DNA of 18,073 nucleotides from a virus (Duplodnaviria; Heunggongvirae; Uroviricota; Caudoviricetes): IMG/VR virus record IMGVR_UViG_2690316325_000011, positions 1 to 18,073 of that record; one strand, 5' to 3'. Shown piece by piece: positions 18,054 to 18,073 of this stretch (position 1 is its first letter; each line of letters starts with the position of its first letter). The notes under the pieces were generated by a model. It saw only the letters and a program-made list of their open reading frames with translations, ran no database searches and was not told where the DNA came from. The position numbers and the translations under genes were made by a program.

Positions 18054-18073
18054 GCCCTTACGATATAATTAAA
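18047..18073 (-). CDS. 3' end of another minus-strand tail-fibre cassette; coding body lies beyond the window
   Basis: Reverse complement of 18050..18073 encodes FNYIVRAA followed by TAA (18047..18049), the conserved cassette terminus. Confidence 0.6.
   Translation of the reverse strand, partial: FNYIVRAA

Larger units (their letters stand above)
14412..18073. mobile_element. Multiple-inversion (Min-like, shufflon-type) tail-fibre cassette cluster; extends past the right window edge
   Basis: Six 26-bp sites sharing a TT core (five direct, one inverted), an adjacent serine invertase, promoterless cassettes with conserved ends on both strands, and convergent cassette E / assembly gene with no terminator between them. 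Confidence 0.8.

Overview
This window looks like a late-gene/accessory region of a P1-family phage-plasmid (the layout resembles P1 and the p15B Min region as I recall them; identity was not verified by any search). Left to right: two plus-strand morphogenesis-like genes (47..2456); a minus-strand SAR-type endolysin (2748..3305); an ssb gene preceded by a 16/17 match to the P1 C1 operator consensus (3438..3454, 3474..3962); two overlapping plus-strand genes of unknown function (4165..6040); and a long minus-strand operon (13349..6072) of holin/antiholin-like membrane proteins followed by a Dar-type virion-protein set (Hdf-like, DarA-like, DdrA-like, DdrB-like). To the right sit a decayed cin-like invertase fragment (13477..~13662), an intact serine DNA invertase (13785..14357, minus) and, from 14412 to the window end, a multiple-inversion tail-fibre cassette cluster. 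That cluster has six 26-bp Gin/Cin-type crossover sites (five direct, one inverted), five promoterless receptor-binding-tip cassettes with conserved ends, one captured fragment of a fibre constant region, and a single tail-fibre assembly gene. The expressed constant part of the fibre gene is not in the window, and the cluster runs off the right edge. The cassette cluster is the most interesting system here; it appears to match the described p15B Min-type arrangement rather than something new, but several details (a dead-end junction, mosaic cassettes, one shared chaperone gene) deserve checking. All calls rest on reading the sequence and the ORF track by eye.
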